DNA of 64,000 nt from Heteronotia binoei. Its lineage: Eukaryota. Where the stretch lies: contig NC_083225.1 in the NCBI RefSeq assembly GCF_032191835.1, positions 41,044,001 through 41,108,000 on the forward strand. Direction: 5' to 3'. The position numbers and the translations under genes are program-made. A model generated the notes under the pieces. That model did not search any database, was not told where the DNA came from, and saw nothing but the letters and a program-made list of their open reading frames with translations. Positions 1-13,678 of the stretch are shown piece by piece (the first letter of the stretch is position 1; each line of letters opens with the position of its first letter).

Positions 1-1327
1 ACAGGGACTCACTCACCTTTTAATCCCTGGCTGCAACCATGGGACCTGCTTCTATTTTTGAAACATACGCGTGAATATTTTCTCTTTTCACTGCATTTTC
101 TTCTTTCTCCTGTCCATGTTTTCCCTTCTCTTGAATATATATCAAGAAATTATGACAAGAGTAGCAATGCTGCTAGTGAAACTCGTTTTGGGTCATTGGG
201 TGACTCAAAAGTTGACAATCAGTTTGCTGGAAATGTTAAACTTTGGTTCTTTGGAGCTGTGTCAGACAGAGGCTTGTGCTACCTCAGCTACAGCAGGAAT
301 CTGTGCTCCCTAAGGCAGATGGAGCCATTGTGCTTTTCTGTTCTTCTGCTCCTGGTATTTTGCAAACACAGGTCATTTTAAGAGCACTGGGAGGGCTCCA
401 GATTGCCTGACTGTATCATAACCTCAGTCCTCCCCCTCTCTCTTGATAGTTCAGGACAAGTTTATGGAAGCCAAGACTTACTGCATTGAAAATAAAGTTT
501 CAGTATTTAGCTGCAATGGAACACACATACAGTCTCCACAGATTTATAAATTATTAATTAGGCATATTGATTTTAACAAAATAAGAATAATAAACAAGGA
601 TAGCAATCAGTAATTTTTAATTAGCACATGCATCAGTTAATTAAAATAACCAGTTATACATATCATCCAACTGCTTACAGAAGGAAGCCAAAGGATTAAA
701 ATAGGTTTGTTTTAACAGTTAGAATGGCACTGCACCTAATGGCGCCAAACATTTTTGTAAATAGGTTTGATAAGAGAAAGCATAACAAATTTACTCAGCT
801 ATGGACATATGGTGATTACTTTGGACATTATTTGTACTTAGTCTCTTTTACAAATAAATTTATATATGGCTATTTGTTGTTTTTGTGTTCAATCATTATG
901 GGCAACAAAAAATATTAGTAGGAATAGACTGTATCCAACCACACACTCCCAAAACTTAAGATCACTCATATTTTTGGAGAGGGGTGAGTGAGATGGTGAT
1001 TTCTGCCTCCCAGTACAGACATCTATTTTGTCCTCATTATTGTTCAGGAAGGTCTACTGCTGCCCCCCTCCGAAACAATGTCTGAGTGGGTCCTAATGAT
1101 CTCCCTCCCTTCTGAAAGCATTAAGTGTCATTAAGTCTTGGAATTGCTTGGTTGGATACAGGCCAATGTGTTCTGATACATTTCAGATGTGATTACAGAA
1201 TACGATGGTTTAAGTGAAAGTGATAATGCAGTGTGGGCATCCTAAAGTTGTTATTAAGATGAGAATAAGCTAAAATACAAAAACTACCTCTAAAATGCAG
1301 GGGAAGTTGCTTAATAAAGTTGTCTGA

Positions 1328-1372
1328 CATGGAGTAGATTTAAAAAACTCATGGAGTAGATTAAAAAAACTC
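1328..1372. repeat. 22-bp tandem duplication
   Basis: catggagtagatt(t/a)aaaaaact x2. Confidence 0.9.
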
Positions 1373-1452
1373 TGTTATTTCTGATATGTTGATATATTCA
1401 TATATTGATATGAGAACTTCCAAAAAGCTTTTTACAAAATTTAGTTATCACA

Positions 1453-1714
1453 GACCGATTTCGCTCTCACCCTATGCTGTTCTGACGTTCCTCTTTTCAG
1501 CGTGACGTCCTTCTGATTTCCCACTCTCTGCCCTGGGGCTTCAGCTTGCATTGCCGTTTTTGTGCGGCAAAGAGAAACTGGTTTTTAATGGTTTCTCTTT
1601 GCCTTGCAAAAATAGCAACGCAAGCTGAAGCCCTGGGGCAGATAGAGGGAAATTGGAAGGACGCTGCATTGAAAAGAAATTTCAGAGTGGCATAGGGTGA
1701 GTGCGAAATCGGTC
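1453..1714. mobile_element. Palindromic MITE (whole element is a ~125-bp-arm hairpin), possibly PIF/Harbinger-type
   Basis: Termini GACCGATTTCGC(T/A)CTCACCCTATGC are inverted; arms roughly 80% complementary by eye; ACA on both flanks (1450-1452, 1715-1717). Confidence 0.85.
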
Positions 1715-2176
1715 ACAGAGTAAGCAGATTTATCACAGATCTGTAACTGGCTAAATAATGTCAGATAGAGGATGGGAGTAAACAAACACAGGACAAAATG
1801 TGTGGAAATACGTAGCGGGGCCCACCAAGGCTCTATTTTGAGACCAGTAATTTATTCTTAAGTGTTCTGGAGTCGAGGTTGAACTTAAATTTGAAATTGA
1901 TACCAGATTATTCATAATGGGGAAAATTGCATCATAATACAAAGATCTGTTAAAATGAGTTTCCCAAGCTGGATTAAAGGGCAACAAAATGGCAAATGAT
2001 CTTCACTTTTAAGTCTGTAGAATGCTTTAGGCATGACTTTCTCTCCTCTTGTTTATGTAGTTCTCATATTGTGAGGCCTTTACCCAGTTATCCCTGACTG
2101 TGGTTATTATATAAATTGTGAAAAGGGGTGGGGTAGGGAAATCGCAGATTCATATATATGAAGGTAGGGTCTAAAC

Positions 2177-2419
2177 CAGGAGTGGCCAAACTTGCTTAAC
2201 ATAAGAGCCGCATAGAATAGATGCAAGACATGAATGTCAGGTGTTTGAGGGAAGGGAGGAAGGAAAGAAATAGATGTGGGGAGGGAGGGAGAGGTGGAAA
2301 GAAAGCAACTTTAAATGCATTTTCCAAGCCAGCTGATGGGACAGTGGGGACTTCAAGAGCCACACAATATGTGTGAAAGAGCCATGTGTGGCTCTTGAGT
2401 TGCAGTTTGGCCACCCATG
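2177..2419. mobile_element. hAT-type MITE
   Basis: TIRs CAGGAGTGGCCAAAC / GTTTGGCCACCCATG; perfect 8-bp TSD GTCTAAAC; opposite-orientation relative at 54532-54827. Confidence 0.88.
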
Positions 2420-2635
2420 GTCTAAACATTCCTGGTTAGTCAGTAATCAGGAAAGAGGAATTGGGGTTGTTCTCAATAGCTCAGTGAAGACATTCATTTG
2501 GTTTGTGGAGGCAATGGGCCAGTTCTGTGTTTGGGATTATTAGGAAAGGAATCAGAAATGAAGTGGTCCATATAGTGCTGTCTGTCTTGAGGCTGATGAT
2601 GCAGCTACATTTCAGATACTGTGTTTAGTTGTATA

Positions 2636-2880
2636 AGAAGAAGTGTTGGTTTTTATATCCCATCTTTTACAACCCAAAGGAGTCTCAAAGCGGTTTACAG
2701 TTGTCTTCCCTTCCTCTCCCCACAACAGACGCAATGCGAGGTAGGTAGGGCCGAGGGAGCTCTGAGGGAGCTGTGACTTATCCAAGGTCATTCAGCTGGC
2801 TTCATGTGGAGGAGTGAGGAATCAAACTTGGTTCTCTAGGTTAGAGTCTGCTACTCTTAACCACTACACCACACTGGCTC
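2636..2880 (-). mobile_element. MIR/Ther1-derived SINE (Squam3-like)
   Basis: Reverse complement has a tRNA-like head (gtggtgtagtggttaagagt...accaagtttgattcc), CORE-like tgaccttgg and a (ctt)n tail. Confidence 0.85.
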
Positions 2881-2948
2881 TCTAACTATTGCAGCCAAAA
2901 CAATCAAGGCTTTGGAGCAACTTTACTGTGAAGAAAGGCTTAAAAACA

Positions 2949-3403
2949 CAGGCCTCATTTTGGGCAGGAGCTCACAGGGGTGGAGTTTCAGAACATCTAA
3001 ATTTTATTGTGTCCTTTCATTCTTAACCCCCCCCCCCACTTGCTTCTGGGTTCCATCGTTCAAACCCCCTGTGAGAATGTTGCTGAACTCTACGATTTGA
3101 CAAACTTTCTAATATTTCCCCCCACAAAAAATGGGAAAATAACCAAAACATATAAAGCAGACAGATGGGAATCTCCATCATGCTGCTATGGCCACATAGG
3201 AGAATGTAATTTTAAAAGTATAATGGGAATAAAGTTTTATTATGACAATTATAATTCAAGAAGCATTTAAAGGTAGATGCTGTGCTGATATAATTTAGTA
3301 CACTTTTTGGTGATGTCAGGGGTGTGTGACATATGCAAATATGTTGTGCAAATGTGTTGTGCTAATGAGCTCTGGCACCTCTTTATCTATGAAATGACCC
3401 CTG
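2949..3403. mobile_element. Non-autonomous hAT element
   Basis: TIRs CAGGCCTCATTT / AAATGACCCCTG; TSD TAAAAACA / TTAAAACA (7/8). Confidence 0.8.
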
Positions 3404-3789
3404 TTAAAACAAATAGTGCTTTTTTTGTTTTTAAAATAATGACTGAATGGGCATATGATGAAAATTTATGAATCTCTGCTTGGTGTGGAAAAAACAAATA
3501 GAAGGAAATCTTTCCCCTTTTTCATAACACTGGCGTTTGGGACCACGCATTTAAAATGATTGGTGGTAGACTGCGAGCGGATACAAGAAACCATGCATTA
3601 TTAAGTCGTGGAATTCATTACAACAAGATGGAGTGTTACCATTGTGTTCAGTGACTTTCAGAGGGGATTAGACAAATTCATGGGTGATAGATCTAGCAAC
3701 TACTATTAGTCATGATGGAGCTGCTGGTTTCAGAGGCAATATGGATAACAGTTGGTCTGGGGATAACCATTTTAAGTGTGCTGCTGTTA

Positions 3790-4060
3790 GCCTTTAAAGC
3801 TTTGAATTACCTTTGTCCAATTTAAATCCCTCTTTCCTTTCAGTTCCTCATATACACTGAGATCATCAGAGTGATCCATGCTTAGGAGTTGCATCTTTGT
3901 TAGATGGTAGATTGATTGCATCAAGGAGCAAGTCCGCCTTCGTAGTGACACCTTTATTAACAAATATATTATCAAAAGAAGCCATTGACCCACTCTGATC
4001 AGGTGCAGCTTTTATGTATCCTGAAAGCATCAGACTTGCCATTGTTGGAAAAATTTTGCT
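3790..4060 (+). mobile_element. Degenerate L2-like LINE 3' fragment (second diverged copy at ~4960-5400)
   Basis: Two similar segments sharing cctttcagt..c.t.tatacactgagatcatc.gagtga.ccatgctta. Confidence 0.55.
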
Positions 4061-5851
4061 GATGGATCCTTGATTGAATTTAGCAAGGCAGTTCTCATGT
4101 TCTTATGTCCACCTCCATACATCCATGTTTATGCCCTGTCACACAGCAGGGGAGCAGGAAGGGCCTTCTACTGGCTGCCACCACTCTGGTAAGTGTCTGT
4201 ATGGAAGGGCCCAGGATGTCCATCCCACCCCACCCCAGTATCTTCCCTGTTAACCATGACTGAAGAGATGTGAGGTCCCAGGCAGTTTAACAATAACTAG
4301 AAATTTATTATAAGTCCTCAAAAACAAGAAGTGGGTTGTGAAACTTTTAGTGTAATATTGAATAAAGAAACAGTAAAGGTTGGTGCAAGTAAATAAACAG
4401 CCTTATGCATCTATCTATACATTCCCTTCCTCTGTCGCTAAAACTCACCACCTCCTTAGGGTGAGGGAACCCTCCTGCTGCAGCTTTTCCAGAGAGCACT
4501 TCCCTGTCTGCAGCCTCTCCAGAGAGACCAGCCTCTCCCATCCTATTTTTCTTTCCAAAACTCTGCTACCCAATCGGGGATTGAAGGAACCCTGGGAGAT
4601 GTAGGCCCTTGTATCTACTCCTACGCAGGCTTCTCCCTGCCCTCTAGGCTGCACTAGGTCTCAGATCATGACACACACCCAAACTCTATGGCCAGTTCTG
4701 GATTATATGTGAGATACTGACCATGTATTGTATGCAGATATACCCACATATAGGATATGCAGAGGTCTCTACTATAATGGGTCAAAAGGTGCAATTCCTC
4801 ATTATCCATAGAGGGAAGATCAAGGAGTGCCTTTTACCAACAGAAGTTGGTTTGACAGTTGTGACCATTACTAGAAAATGTTGGTCCATCTGTTATCCAT
4901 GTGTACCATCTGTGTACCATCTTTGAACCTGGGAACCTTTGGTTAGTTCAAAATACATGTAAAGCTTGAATGCTCTTGGTCCGGTTAACTTTAGGCAATA
5001 CCTCCTCCCTTTCAGTCCCTTGTATACACTGAGATCATCTGAGTGACCCATGCTTATGAGGTGCATTTTTGTTTGATGCTTGATTGATTGCACTGAAGGG
5101 GAGATCCTCTTTTGTAGTGGAACCATTTAAAAGGAACATTCTCCCAACAGAAGACCATTGAGCCACCCTGGTGTTTATTTTTTTGAAGGTCAGTGGTTTC
5201 CTCGGGTAGCAGAACTTGATGACTACATGAACTGGCAGAGGGTTTTTTTGTTGTTGTTTTTAATCTATTGAGCAGGTTTTCTATTTGTTACTGTTGATTT
5301 TTTTGTTGCTCTTCAAATCAGTATTGTGTTAAGTATTGTTATGTGCCGTTGGAGTCATATATGGTGGGGTACAAATCCAAAAAATAAACCAACAAAAGTT
5401 ACATGATGACTGTTGGGAGACCAGGTAGTCTTTTTTGAGCAGTAAATGCATGTTAATTACTTCCTTCATAACCACAAAGGGTGAAAATTTACTGATGAAC
5501 AAGAAGACAAAAGAAAAGGAGAGCTATGTTTTTTGAGAATATTGGAGGGCATATGGGGAGAGGCACAAAATATAGATCTAATTATTTTCCCTGTTTGAAT
5601 ACTTTTGTATATGCAATAACATTAAATCATTGCAATACTGGAAGTTCTAACTGACATCTAAAACATTCTTAATGGAGGCTGTATGGCCTCCAAGGGTGAT
5701 CTACAAATCTTGAGAGGCATCCAGAACTTTGGAGGACATTTGGGACTTTAGGCAACCATTTGCAGAATAGGAATCGGACCGGAAAGTAAAGAGTTGACTG
5801 CTGGCCATCAAGGCCAAGGGTCTAGTTGAAGGTATGCTTCATATCTTTGTA

Positions 5852-6158
5852 TAATAAACAGCCTTAAAAGGAGATTAGAGAGATTCATGGAGGATAAGTC
5901 TATCAGTGGCTACTAGCCATGGTGCTGAAGGGAACCTCCACGTTCAGAGGCACTAAATCTCAGAGCCAAGAGGCAATGTCAGGCCTTGACTTCTATGCTG
6001 GCCAAGAGGCAATGTCAGGCCTTGACTTCTATGCTGGCCAAGAGGCAACATCAGGCCTTGACTTTTATTCTGGCTATGTTGACCATCCAGAAGAACTAGT
6101 TGACCACTGTGTGAGACAGGATGCTGGACTAGATGGACCACAGCAGGCCTTAAGTATC
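5852..6158 (+). mobile_element. CR1 LINE 3' end with an internal 36-bp triplication
   Basis: gagattcatggaggataagtctatcagtggctactagccatgg ... caggatgctggactagatggacc, typical squamate CR1 3' terminus. Confidence 0.85.
5965..6072. repeat. 36-bp unit x3 within CR1 3'UTR
   Basis: gccaagaggcaatgtcaggccttgacttctatgctg x2 exact, plus one diverged copy. Confidence 0.95.
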
Positions 6159-6430
6159 ATAAAAATACCTTCATAAATGAAATCTCCTTGTTACACTTTT
6201 TAAAATTCTTGGCTTTTTGAACTTGGGTGCAGTCGATTATCATGTTGCATACTTGGTGGGTTAGAAGTAGATTAAAGATTAAGAATCACAGCTCTGAGGT
6301 GTTCCGTAGCCATGCGGAAGTCCTTTTCTCAACTCTCATGCTTTTGTGCCCACTGCAGTTCCTTTGCTTTGTGTCAAAAGCTGCTCTTGCCATTCCCTTG
6401 AGTTTCAGGAGAAGCACAGCAAGCACTGCA

Positions 6431-6572
6431 GTGGTGGTAGAAAGTGCCGTCATGTCACAGACAGTTAACTTACAGCAACCCCATAGTCTTTTCAAGGCAA
6501 GAGACATTCAGAAGTGGTTTGCCATTGCCTGCCACTGCATCATGACCCTGCTGTTCCTTGGAGGTCTCCCAT
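6431..6572 (-). mobile_element. 5'-truncated 5S rRNA-derived SINE
   Basis: Body and tail match the copies at 14198, 36542 and 63129. Confidence 0.7.
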
Positions 6573-6761
6573 TGGTGTGCTGGCCTCTATCTCCCCCCAC
6601 CCCCACCTTTTTGCAAAATTTTTGCTTGTAAACATTGTGGGGATTTTTATCTTTTGCACTCCAGCCAAAAACATTGCCTATCCTGGCCTAATTGTTTGAT
6701 AAAAGTTCGAAAGTAAAAAAGTCTTCAGTTTTTCTCAGTATGTCTGATTTGTTTGCCTTAA

Positions 6762-6902
<141 letters not shown>

Positions 6903-8345
6903 TGAAATTGATAATTGAATTAATCTATCCTCTGTATTTTTCACTTTTACTAAGTTGCACTTTAGAACTAATGTTTGAATAATGGAGATCAATCTTTAAT
7001 AACCTCTGAATATTTGCCTCGGTTTATATATTGAACTTTATTGTAAATGAGAATAGCGCTAAATCGATTTTTGAGAAAAAAAAATCTAAATTGGTTTTTA
7101 CTTTTTTTCATCTAAAATGCGATGTTGTTAACTTCTGTCATAAGTTCTGATACCTGTTAAGTAAATTAATGCAACACAACAGTCCTTGCAGTCATGTAGC
7201 ATTACGGCCCAAACTTCCTTGGAGTGTGGTAACATCCAGATTTTAAATGCAGTGGCCAGAATCCAAAGAACTGGCTTGCTGAGGGTACTTGTATTTCTAA
7301 AAGGCACCTTCACATTGTGTATAACAGGCACTTCTGAAATGGTAGCAGTATTTCCAAAGCAGTTTACCATGTGGCTTAACAGTTGGCTATTCACTGGGCA
7401 TGTGCAAATCCTGTGGTATTCCTATTACTCTCTTCTCTGCTTCCTAGAAATCTGGACAGGACTGGACCCTCAACAGGTGCTGCAGAACAGTGTAACAAAA
7501 ATTCTCCTTTGGTGAACTTTTCCATATTCAAAATAGTTTCATAAAATGGTGTCTCTCAGCGATATCCTTACTGTATGCCCCCAAGAGAGCTTTGGCCTTG
7601 CTTGCTTTATTTATTTTATATTATTTCTATTTTCAGCAGCACACAAGGTTGCATGGTAAATTGCTTTTGAAATGAAGACCGTGATCTGAAAATACTTTTA
7701 AATACGTTTTCTATTGGATTCATTTAGCTGCTTGTAAATAGAATCCATTGGATGATGGTACCAAAATAACAAGATTTATATTTATTACTTTATGTGAACA
7801 TCTTTGTCAGTATAGATTTTATAAAATGTGTTCATTACACCCCCTGGAAATCCTTAATGACCAGCCTGCTGGGGAAGAGGTTAGGTTTGCATTTTAGCAT
7901 TCTTACAACTATGAATCTGACTCAGCAAAAGAGTGAAGTCCTTTTCTGATTCCATGGAAAATTCTCAACCTGTAAGGGGTTGAGACCATGAAACATGCAT
8001 CATGTGTTTGACCATTCTGATCCAACCCCCCATTTTTTCTATGCCCTCAGGGAGATACGTTCAAATAAGTCCAGTTCAGTCCTTCTGTTTATTCCTGGAG
8101 GGTGGGCATATGATAGCCTGACACTTTATCAAGTGGGAATTCTCCCTTGATCGAATTACTAAACATGTTCTGGGAGTCCTTGAATAATGTATACGCATGT
8201 ATTTTCTTTTCTTGGCAGTCTAAGTTGGTTGGGTTTTGTATAATTAATTTTGTTATTTTAATTGAATAATTTCATTGATATTGCTAGTATTGAGAGAGAG
8301 AGAGAGAAGCACTGCATTTACTTATTAAGAGTGACCTTTTACTAG

Positions 8346-8441
<96 letters not shown>

Positions 8442-11400
8442 TAAGTACTGGCACTTTTCATGAGTACATAAAATGCTTTAGGGAGTGTTGGTTTTTAATG
8501 GCATAAACAGTTCAGTACAGATGTGAAGTACAGCAGAGAATGAGTGGGGATGCATAAACTGCTCATTTAGAGTTAGTCCCTTTCATGGGGTTGGGCAGAC
8601 ACAGATGGTCCCCTGTGGTACAGAAGCAGATACCTTAGGAAAGGATGAAAATGTCCACTGTCCTCCCTGGGTTTTTTAGCTGTAGCCCTTTGTATCACAT
8701 CCTGTACTCAAAGTATGCCAACTCTTAGGATTGACTTTTTGATGATGCAGGGGGTTGTATCAGAAAAGTTTGGAAATTTCCATGAGTTCTGCATCACTCC
8801 TAGTTCTTAGGTTTTAATCTATATTTCTTAGCACAGAAATTGACAGAAGGCTGCAATAAAATTCTGTTTTGTTTCAGTATAACTTTGCAATAATATTTGG
8901 TGCCATGCATAATTCTGTGCTGTGAGACATAGGCTTGTGAAAGCTGTTCAAATCAGAGAAAAGGAATTACAGTTGGCATTTCAGATTTGGAGGCACTGAA
9001 ACACCTTTAGAAAATAAACAGATGGGCAGTAGTAATGTGTAGAATGACTCAGAGCTGCCTTAGCTAACAGAATTACCTGTCTGTTAAAAGCATAACGCTA
9101 CACACATGCTGGATTTTTTTTAAGGGCTAAAATTCCTGACAAAAACAAATGCAATGTCTGTTTAGATGATACCCCCCACCCAGAACTTGTATGAGTGGTG
9201 AGATTTCAAGCAGGGTGTGCACTTCTGCACATGCTGGGAGTTCCCATGTTGACACACAAACAGAGTGTCTCCCAGTTTGAGCATTACTTTCTATGATTTG
9301 GATTGAGAGACGACGCACAAGGTTGTTTCTGCATGTGTATGTTGTCCTTTTTTGTAGCCTCCCTCCTTGGAATGCCTCCCAATACCTGGGAGCGCTGTGG
9401 AGCAGCACCTCATATAGCATAAGGGACAGCTGTTGGATGCTCAGTTTGCCCACTGCTGTACTATGTGGACATGGGCTTCTCTGGATCTAACATTATGAGT
9501 GTGATGAGAGGAGAGGAGGAAGAGGTGTGATTCAGAGGTTCTCCTCTGATTTCACCATAAATAGAGGTTGGAGAGTGTGTGTGTGTGGGGGGGTCATAAT
9601 TGGAACAGGCCTTCTGCCATGCTCACCTGAGCTGTTTACTAGGCAAAAAAGGGGTTTTATTTTATGGTTTTGATGTGAAGCCTGAAGCGGAGTGTTTCAG
9701 GAGGTATTTGTGAAGTCTGTAGTTCTCTCAACCTGGAAATGGAAATAGATTCCCTCTCTTTTATCCTCGTTCCATCTCAATCCACTCCTCCTCCTCCCCT
9801 CCCTTCTGTAGTGTGTCTTGCTTGTCCTTGCCTGTGAGCTGGCAGATTGTCTTTATTTATGTTTTATTCCTGTACAGCGCCTAGTTACTTTTTAGGCGCT
9901 TAATAAACACAGATTTTCAACCATTTTGTGCACAGGAAATGTCTTCTGTTGTAGAGTTCTGTTAGAATTCTGATTCTCTGACTCCCCTGCTGTTGGGATT
10001 ATTACATTTGTTTGATTTACCACTTTAATATGAGAAGTGTGATAAAATACTTGTTGGTCTTTGCTTTCTAAGTGGGGTGGATGGGAAGAGAGACAGATTG
10101 TCAAATTTCAGTTTTAAAAATGCTGTATACACTTGTGTACCCAAATCAGGTTCTCAGTGTGAGGACGGGAGCAACCTCCTCCATACTTTGATAGGTAAAA
10201 CTTGCAAAACTCAATATAAATCTGAATGTGTAGCATAGAATGATCATCTGAATAGTGTGAAGAAAAACAGCCAGAATATATGTTTTTCCTCCCTGTGTTT
10301 TCTGAGCCTCTGGCCTCGAGAAGGTGATATATTTAGTGTCCTGTAGTGAGGAAACTCACTGGTTTAGGGATCAGTCTTCACAGAAATTCTCAAAAGGGTT
10401 TCCACAACTGCACTCTCAGGAAGAAAAAACAGCTGTGCCCTGGGTGGGAGAGGGGGCACCTTGCTGCGTGGAACAGATAAATCAAGTAAGAAAAACAGAA
10501 AATTAAAACTTTCAGCTTTAAGAGTAAAGTTGAAAGAATAATTTAAGCTGCAAGCTGTTACTGTCATTGGATGTCATGTTCTGCGTTATAGGCGAAAGTT
10601 GAAACAGCAAGACAGTTCAGTGTGAAGCTTTACAAGTTCTCATTTCAAGATCCCACCCCCCTCACTCACATACCCAACCCCTCCATCACTAATGCCTTAA
10701 TTTGTTCTCTATGGAAACAAAAACATTGCAAATGGGAGTGCTGCATATTAGTCCATTAACTGAATTTTTTTAAAAAACAAATAATGTGCTTTGTTTAATG
10801 GAGAAGGCTATGATTCTGGAAATGTACATACACAGATGCATGAGTGCCAGTATGTATGTTACATGCAGATCTTCGAAATATTGAACTATTTTATGCTGAG
10901 ACTGGAAATAGCATATATGCTGATTGTGATGCTGCATTTATTTTGTGGCTCACCTTGTTTCTGCTTGTTAAAAAACAAAACAAAACACAAACCAGTTGTC
11001 CAAGTGAGTGCTTCAAAGATATGTTGATCATTGACTCTGTTATTTGGATGTGGAAAAACTCAAGGGAGGGGAGCAATATGGATCAGGGTCATGATCTTGG
11101 GGAAGCGGGGCTTAACTCTCTCTCTCCCCTCCTTCCTACGTTCCTAACAAAAAATTGTCCCGTCTGCTTTTAGTTAAACTAAGGACAAAAGGCAGGCATA
11201 ACGTAGAGTGGTTTAGGATTAAAATGTTGTGATTGAGAACTAGGTTTGCTGCCATAATCTCCTTGGAGAGAGGAAGAGACTTGGGGGAGAAAGATATAAT
11301 AAAGAAACACGTATGATTTATAAATGTTTTGTCCATTTGTATATTTAAAACTGGTCTGTGAAATGAGGAAGAGCTCTCTTAATTCTAACATTAATTTATG

Positions 11401-11667
11401 TTTATTAAGTTTGTCAACATCACAAAGTTGTTTAACATCCATAACAGAATTATGATCTAGGCCAAATAAAGGGTTGGCTCCTATGTCTCCCTAACCTGCA
11501 AGTTTTCTTCCAATGGAGAGAGAATTCCTTCAACAAATAAATACTTTTATTCCTTAGATGAAGTCTTTCACCATCAGAAAAAGTCATTATTGGAAAACGC
11601 ATTTCTTGGTTGAAGGAAGACTTAGTGAAAGGGTGCCATAGGATCCAACCCCATGTATCTGATGTGA

Positions 11668-11961
<294 letters not shown>

Positions 11962-11992
11962 TAGAGGGGAGAGAAGAGACTTCTAATTTTAA

Positions 11993-12012
11993 GTGTGTGT
12001 GTGTGTGTGTGT
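11993..12012. repeat. (GT)10 microsatellite
   Basis: Direct reading. Confidence 0.9.
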
Positions 12013-12277
12013 AGAGAGAGATTCAGTATAATACAGTGATCGCATTTTTATATTACTGCTTTGAATTCATATCCAAGTAGCACTAAGAATTCTGTTTGTG
12101 TAGTACTCCTCACCCCCACCTCTTAAATTTCTGGATATGTGATATTTAATTCCAGGCACCATGTTTTGTAGTTAAAATGATAGCCCTTGGAAAGATGAAC
12201 GTTTTACTTAAATCACATGGTAGAAGTATTTGTTCGCCGGTTACTGTACATGCTATAGAGAATTGAAGCATCTAGAA

Positions 12278-12413
12278 CAGGGGTGGCCAACAGTAGCTCT
12301 CCAGATGTTTTTTGCCTGCATCTCCCATCAGCCCCAGCCAGCATGGCCAATGACTGGGGCTGATGGGAGTTGTTGGCAAAAAAACATCTGGAGAGCTACC
12401 GTTGGCCACCCCT
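12278..12413. mobile_element. 136-bp palindromic hAT-type MITE
   Basis: TIR CAGGGGTGGCCAAC, internally palindromic; flanks ATCTAGAA / ATCTGGAT (6/8). Confidence 0.85.
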
Positions 12414-13267
12414 GATCTGGATTGTCCTTTGGTGGTTTGGGGCGGGGGTGGGGGGAATGCTTTAACTGAAAGCATTAAAGGTTAATATTTGAACATGCAT
12501 AGTTTGGGTCACAATGATGTCACTATAGAAACCCAGGAAATTGAACTGAGTCTTGGGGAAGTGCTCATACACTAGTAAATTTATCCATAAAAATTCTTCC
12601 CAGTGCCTGTAAGTGTAAGCAGGTTTGCATATTTTGTCTTTCTTGGTTAGTGGTTTTTAAGGGTATTTAGAATTTCTTCTGATCTGAAATATTTTGAAAA
12701 TTGGAATAAAGTGTTATCTTTAGAATTACCAAGGGATCTTTGAAAATGGTTATGAACATATGTGTCAAAACCTTATTTTAGCTGACTTAAGAGAAAACTC
12801 TGCAAGAACTATGAACAGCTGTTTTCTAGCACCTTATAGATTATCTTGCACAGACTCTGCATGCCAAGACAGCATCCCACTACAGGGGCTATTGTACCTG
12901 TATTTTAAAATATGTGATGAGTTAGGGCATAGTTGCCAAAGTTATCCCTGAACTGCTGTTGCATTCTAGCAAGAGGGCAGCAGTGGATTGCTCTGACATT
13001 CTCTGCTCCATGTCAGCTTTTAGGATGACTTTGCCTGCGAGCGGATGGCTTTTCAGAGACATGCAGGTGGTGGAGCTAAGTTGTCACTACTCAGGCAAGC
13101 TGCATGTAGCCGTTTTTGAATGCCCCAGTAACATCTGGCCAGATCATTTTTATAATACTCCTTGTTGAGTACTGGAAAAGGCAAAACAAGCTCTGAGAAG
13201 TCTTATTGTTGCTATTGCAGTAAATAGTTTCAGGTGGGTAGTTGTATTGATCTGCAGGTGGAAGAGT

Positions 13268-13408
13268 GAGAACAGAGTCTGGCAGCACCTTAAAGAGCAA
13301 AAAGATTTCCGAGGTATAATCTTTTCGGGAGAGCTTTGACTCTTGAAACTTTATCCCCTGGAAATCTTGTTGGTCTTTTCAGATGCTTCTGGATTCGAAT
13401 CTTGCTCT
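13268..13408. mobile_element. Penelope-like element remnant with inverted terminal repeat
   Basis: Left part is the reverse complement of the right part; same family and arrangement as 41906-42096. Confidence 0.6.
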
Positions 13409-13555
13409 TTTTCTGTTTTATTTTAATATATATGTGTATTTTTGCCTAGTCATTAGTGCCCAGATGAGGAAACATGCTGCTGTTCATTGTTTCTCGGACA
13501 TTCCCAAAGTAGCCTTTTCAGTTTAGATCCTAACTTGTAAGTATTTTAAAAATGT

Positions 13556-13678
13556 CCAGACAGAGTTACTGATGTAACTAACACAAATTTGAGCAGACTT
13601 CGGTGGAAGACAGGAGGGCCTGGCGTGACTTTGTCCATGGGGTCATAAAGAGTCGGACTCGACTGCGGCTGAACAACA
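13556..13678 (+). mobile_element. BovB (RTE) LINE 3' end, 5'-truncated
   Basis: gaagacaggagggcctggcgtgactttgtccatggggtc..aagagtcggactcgactg..gctgaacaaca; similar to 16184-16377. Confidence 0.85.

Larger units (their letters stand above)
2460..3780 (+). mobile_element. Old CR1 LINE 3' fragment interrupted by a SINE and a hAT MITE
   Basis: Collinear CR1 ORF2/3'UTR-like pieces at ~2460-2635, ~2880-2948 and ~3404-3780 (for example gaggggattagacaaattcatgg). Confidence 0.7.

Noticed and set aside
11-381. ORF 58..381(+) and a minus-strand donor-like site (AAG|gtgagt at ~11-20) suggesting a nested gene
   Set aside because: All three minus frames upstream of the donor contain stops, and the plus ORF resembles no protein I recognise
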